DNA of 64,000 nt from contig QPGO01000220.1 in NCBI GenBank assembly GCA_008632985.1, positions 1 through 64,000 on the forward strand, in the 5' to 3' direction. Under the pieces are notes generated by a model. The model was not told where the DNA came from. It saw only the letters and a program-made list of their open reading frames with translations, and made no database searches. Position numbers and translations under genes: made by a program. The DNA comes from Psammoneis japonica (lineage: Eukaryota). This document shows positions 61,293 to 64,000 of this stretch, piece by piece; position 1 is the first letter of the stretch, and every line of letters begins with the position of its first letter.

Positions 61293-62237
61293 ATGCTTGA
61301 ACTGTTGTTTCTCGGTATATTTGGTGGGGTGGCATTTTCTCTCTTGGAGACCATGATGGAAATTGTATTTCTCTTGGATGCTTTCATGATGCAAATTGAA
61401 ATTCTCTTGGATGCCGTCATGCAAATTGTATTTTGGGCCCTGGCGATTGTATCAGCCATTGCCTTGATGAACATCATTGTCTTAATTGTATGGATTGGGA
61501 GGTATTTGAAGAATCGTCAACCACAAAACAAACTCAACTCTGACGATGTGCCGTCGACGACTGCCAGGAATGAGTCTGGCGAAGAACCATCTCCGGTCCG
61601 AACGACTCTCTTCGACACAACTACAGAATCAGCACTCTCACGGGAGATCGAGTACCTGGATGTAATGATGCCACCCTCACAGAACAACGATAATCAAATA
61701 GTAAGGGAGGAGGCAAAGTATGACATGGACGAGCGACCGCCACCAGAGAATCCAGATTACCATCCGGAAGACAATCGCCGGTGGTTGACTCCTCAACCGT
61801 CGGCGTCGGCACCCAAGGAACCTGACTCAACTGATACGCCGCATCCTCATTTGAAGTATGCTGCAGATTGGATCACTATTGGAGTCACCTTCCTCTGCTT
61901 CATGGTATTATTTTCGTCAATGATCGATGGACAGGGGTCAAAACAGCATAGAGGCGTGCATCCTCCTTCGGCCTTCAATCCCTCCTTCAACTCTACAACC
62001 GGAACCCGATACGACACTTCCTACGGTACACGAGAGATGACAAGCATACCATCCGACGAGCCGTCGTGGCTCGCATATTTGAACAGCGATTTTGACTACG
62101 ACTACTATTGGAACTATTTCTCTCAATCGACATTGGGTGACGTGGTTGACTCGATGATAGAAGTCTTTTGGGACGACCGCGTCCGAGTCTTACTAGGCAC
62201 GTCCGGGCATTATCCAGAGGGAAGCTACTGTGAGTAG
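61293..62237 (+). CDS. Hypothetical membrane protein with short N-terminal tandem repeat
   Basis: LLETMMEIVF/LLDAFMMQIEI/LLDAVMQIVF repeat, two hydrophobic segments, intact 314-aa ORF. Confidence 0.55.
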   Translation: MLELLFLGIFGGVAFSLLETMMEIVFLLDAFMMQIEILLDAVMQIVFWALAIVSAIALMNIIVLIVWIGRYLKNRQPQNKLNSDDVPSTTARNESGEEPSPVRTTLFDTTTESALSREIEYLDVMMPPSQNNDNQIVREEAKYDMDERPPPENPDYHPEDNRRWLTPQPSASAPKEPDSTDTPHPHLKYAADWITIGVTFLCFMVLFSSMIDGQGSKQHRGVHPPSAFNPSFNSTTGTRYDTSYGTREMTSIPSDEPSWLAYLNSDFDYDYYWNYFSQSTLGDVVDSMIEVFWDDRVRVLLGTSGHYPEGSYCE

Positions 62238-62479
62238 GCTTAGCGACCCTATGTTCTCGTTGCCACCATTGCCTGTGTAGCGGTAGAGCTTGTGACAGGT
62301 GTGTGTTGCTCCATTACATTAGTAGTTTTCATTTTTTTATCACCACTTGACGGAAACGCTGTCGCTGAAAAGGCACTTGTCATGCCCACGGTTTGTCTGT
62401 CCAAGCCTTTCTTTGAGATTGTTGCTATGTGGCAATGCTTCGGAAGTCGCAGGAGCTAGGTAGAGCCATCTGTTGGAGC

Positions 62480-64000
62480 GTTTTTCCGCTCTTCAAGAGG
62501 TTCGTTTTGGGTGAGCTCTCTGTCAGCATTTTGTCAGACACAAACTCTTCTATTGAATCACACTTGCTGTTGAGGATGCCCATCTCTGTATCACTGCTTT
62601 GTCACCAGGCACTTCTGTCTCAAAGCAAACAAGGGTGACAAAACTGTCTTGTTGCTTGACAGAACATGACTCATTCTGTGCCACACAAATGGGCTGTTCC
62701 TCCTGGTTGCAAACTCTTTGTTCTTGGAGGACTGGTGATTGCTTGCCAGCAAAGCCAAGACTGCAGCAGCAACTCTCTCCAGATTCCAGTGTGAGTGCGC
62801 ACAATTCATCGCTGTGCCCTGAGCAACTTGCCACCTGGCTGCAGCTTCCCCGTGCTTGCTTTTCTTTCAAGGGGGTGGGTGGGTTGGGTGGTGCTGCTTG
62901 GCAAGGATGAGGGGTGGTTGTTGGGTGGTTGTGCTGCTGTTGGCACACCTGGGTCATCTCTCACAAACCACACCACTCTTTGAAGCTGGCAATGACTTCA
63001 GGCAAGTGCAGAGGCACACTGCATGCTGGCTGGAGGGCTTTCTAGAAGTGCAGCCAGCTGTCTCTCTCCAAGAAATTTCTCTCTTCTCCTGCCATCTTTG
63101 TCCATGGGGCAGCTCTGGTGTTGTTGGCTGTGGCTGCAAGCCAAAACAATGGACCGAGAGTTTTGACTCTGTTTTCTTTGCTGGTCTTTGCCAGCTCTCT
63201 CCCTCTCCCTCTCAAATGAAATGGTGAGTTGGCAGGCATGGCCAACCACCCATCAAATGTGACTGACAAGGAACAGAAACCAGCCAAGGCAGAAGTCATT
63301 TGTTTGATGTTCATCCAAGTGCCGCAGATTGACAGCAGGCACAACAGCACAATTTTTGGTTTGCAGCACAACCCTTTCTCTGCAGTGCAAGTGCACCACA
63401 ACAGTGTGTCATTGCCAGTGTTTTGTTGTGTTGCATGTTGGAAATGTTGTGTTGTTTTTGGTGTTCTGAAATGACAAAACACACAACAATCATCAATGTC
63501 CATCTGCAAACACATCTGCAATGCAAAAAATGTGCTCCGTTGATGAATTGAAGACAGCACAGCCAGCGTGAATTTCTGGTGTGTCACTTCACTCACAAAC
63601 ACAAGTTTTTCTCACTTGTTTTCATGGCCCTCTTTCTCACCTGGTTTTCCTGTTTTGGTTTTCACTGGCTTCTCGCTGCACTTTGGCACAGTGGAGAGGG
63701 TCGTGGAGAAAGGAAGATTGTTTTGAAGATCATGATCGTGCTTCTTCTCTGCAGTGTTCAGGATGGATGTGTCAGTCATGACCACCAGATTCAGAGTGCG
63801 CACATTTCCTGGCTCCACATCAAGGCAAATGAGTTCATCAAACCATGCTTTTGAGTTCAATTGTGAAGCACACTTGCAACAGCAGTCACAAAATGCAGTC
63901 GCGCTGACACCAGATGCTCACTGCATTGCTCTCATCTGTGGCACCCTCTGCATTGTTGTGCAGATGCTCTGTGATTGTTCCTCCAAGATCACATCCATCA
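62480..64000. repeat. TpA- and CpG-depleted degenerate repeat block (continues beyond the window)
   Basis: Only about 3 TA seen in 1.5 kb; TG/CA-dominated; no credible ORF. Confidence 0.75.

Overview
Eukaryotic (stramenopile, very probably diatom) nuclear sequence with two N-gaps (1628-1915, 23390-23563). Compact, intron-poor genes (EF-hand/CRAL-TRIO, TRAPPC11, NFU1, MDR oxidoreductase, BCAT, BCS1-like AAA+, plastid DHQ dehydratase/shikimate dehydrogenase, NUDIX, RPL31, CCT5, alpha/beta hydrolase, RING-H2, SRPBCC and several unknowns) alternate with repeat blocks, including a full-span Ty1/copia LTR element (4193-10758; 276-bp LTRs, GGCAC TSD). The most striking signal is mutational. Repeated DNA has lost almost all TpA dinucleotides through TA->TG and TA->CA changes, i.e. 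A->G on either strand. Four observations support this: conserved Tyr codons of the copia become Cys/His; the two LTRs differ by reciprocal TG/CA swaps; a dead copy of a neighbouring gene lost its TAs in this way; and even short tandem repeats show TA/TG/CA variants, while single-copy genes look normal. This looks like a RIP-like, repeat-targeted, adenine-directed hypermutation process acting faster than CpG decay. I could not identify a causal enzyme gene in the window. All counts are manual.
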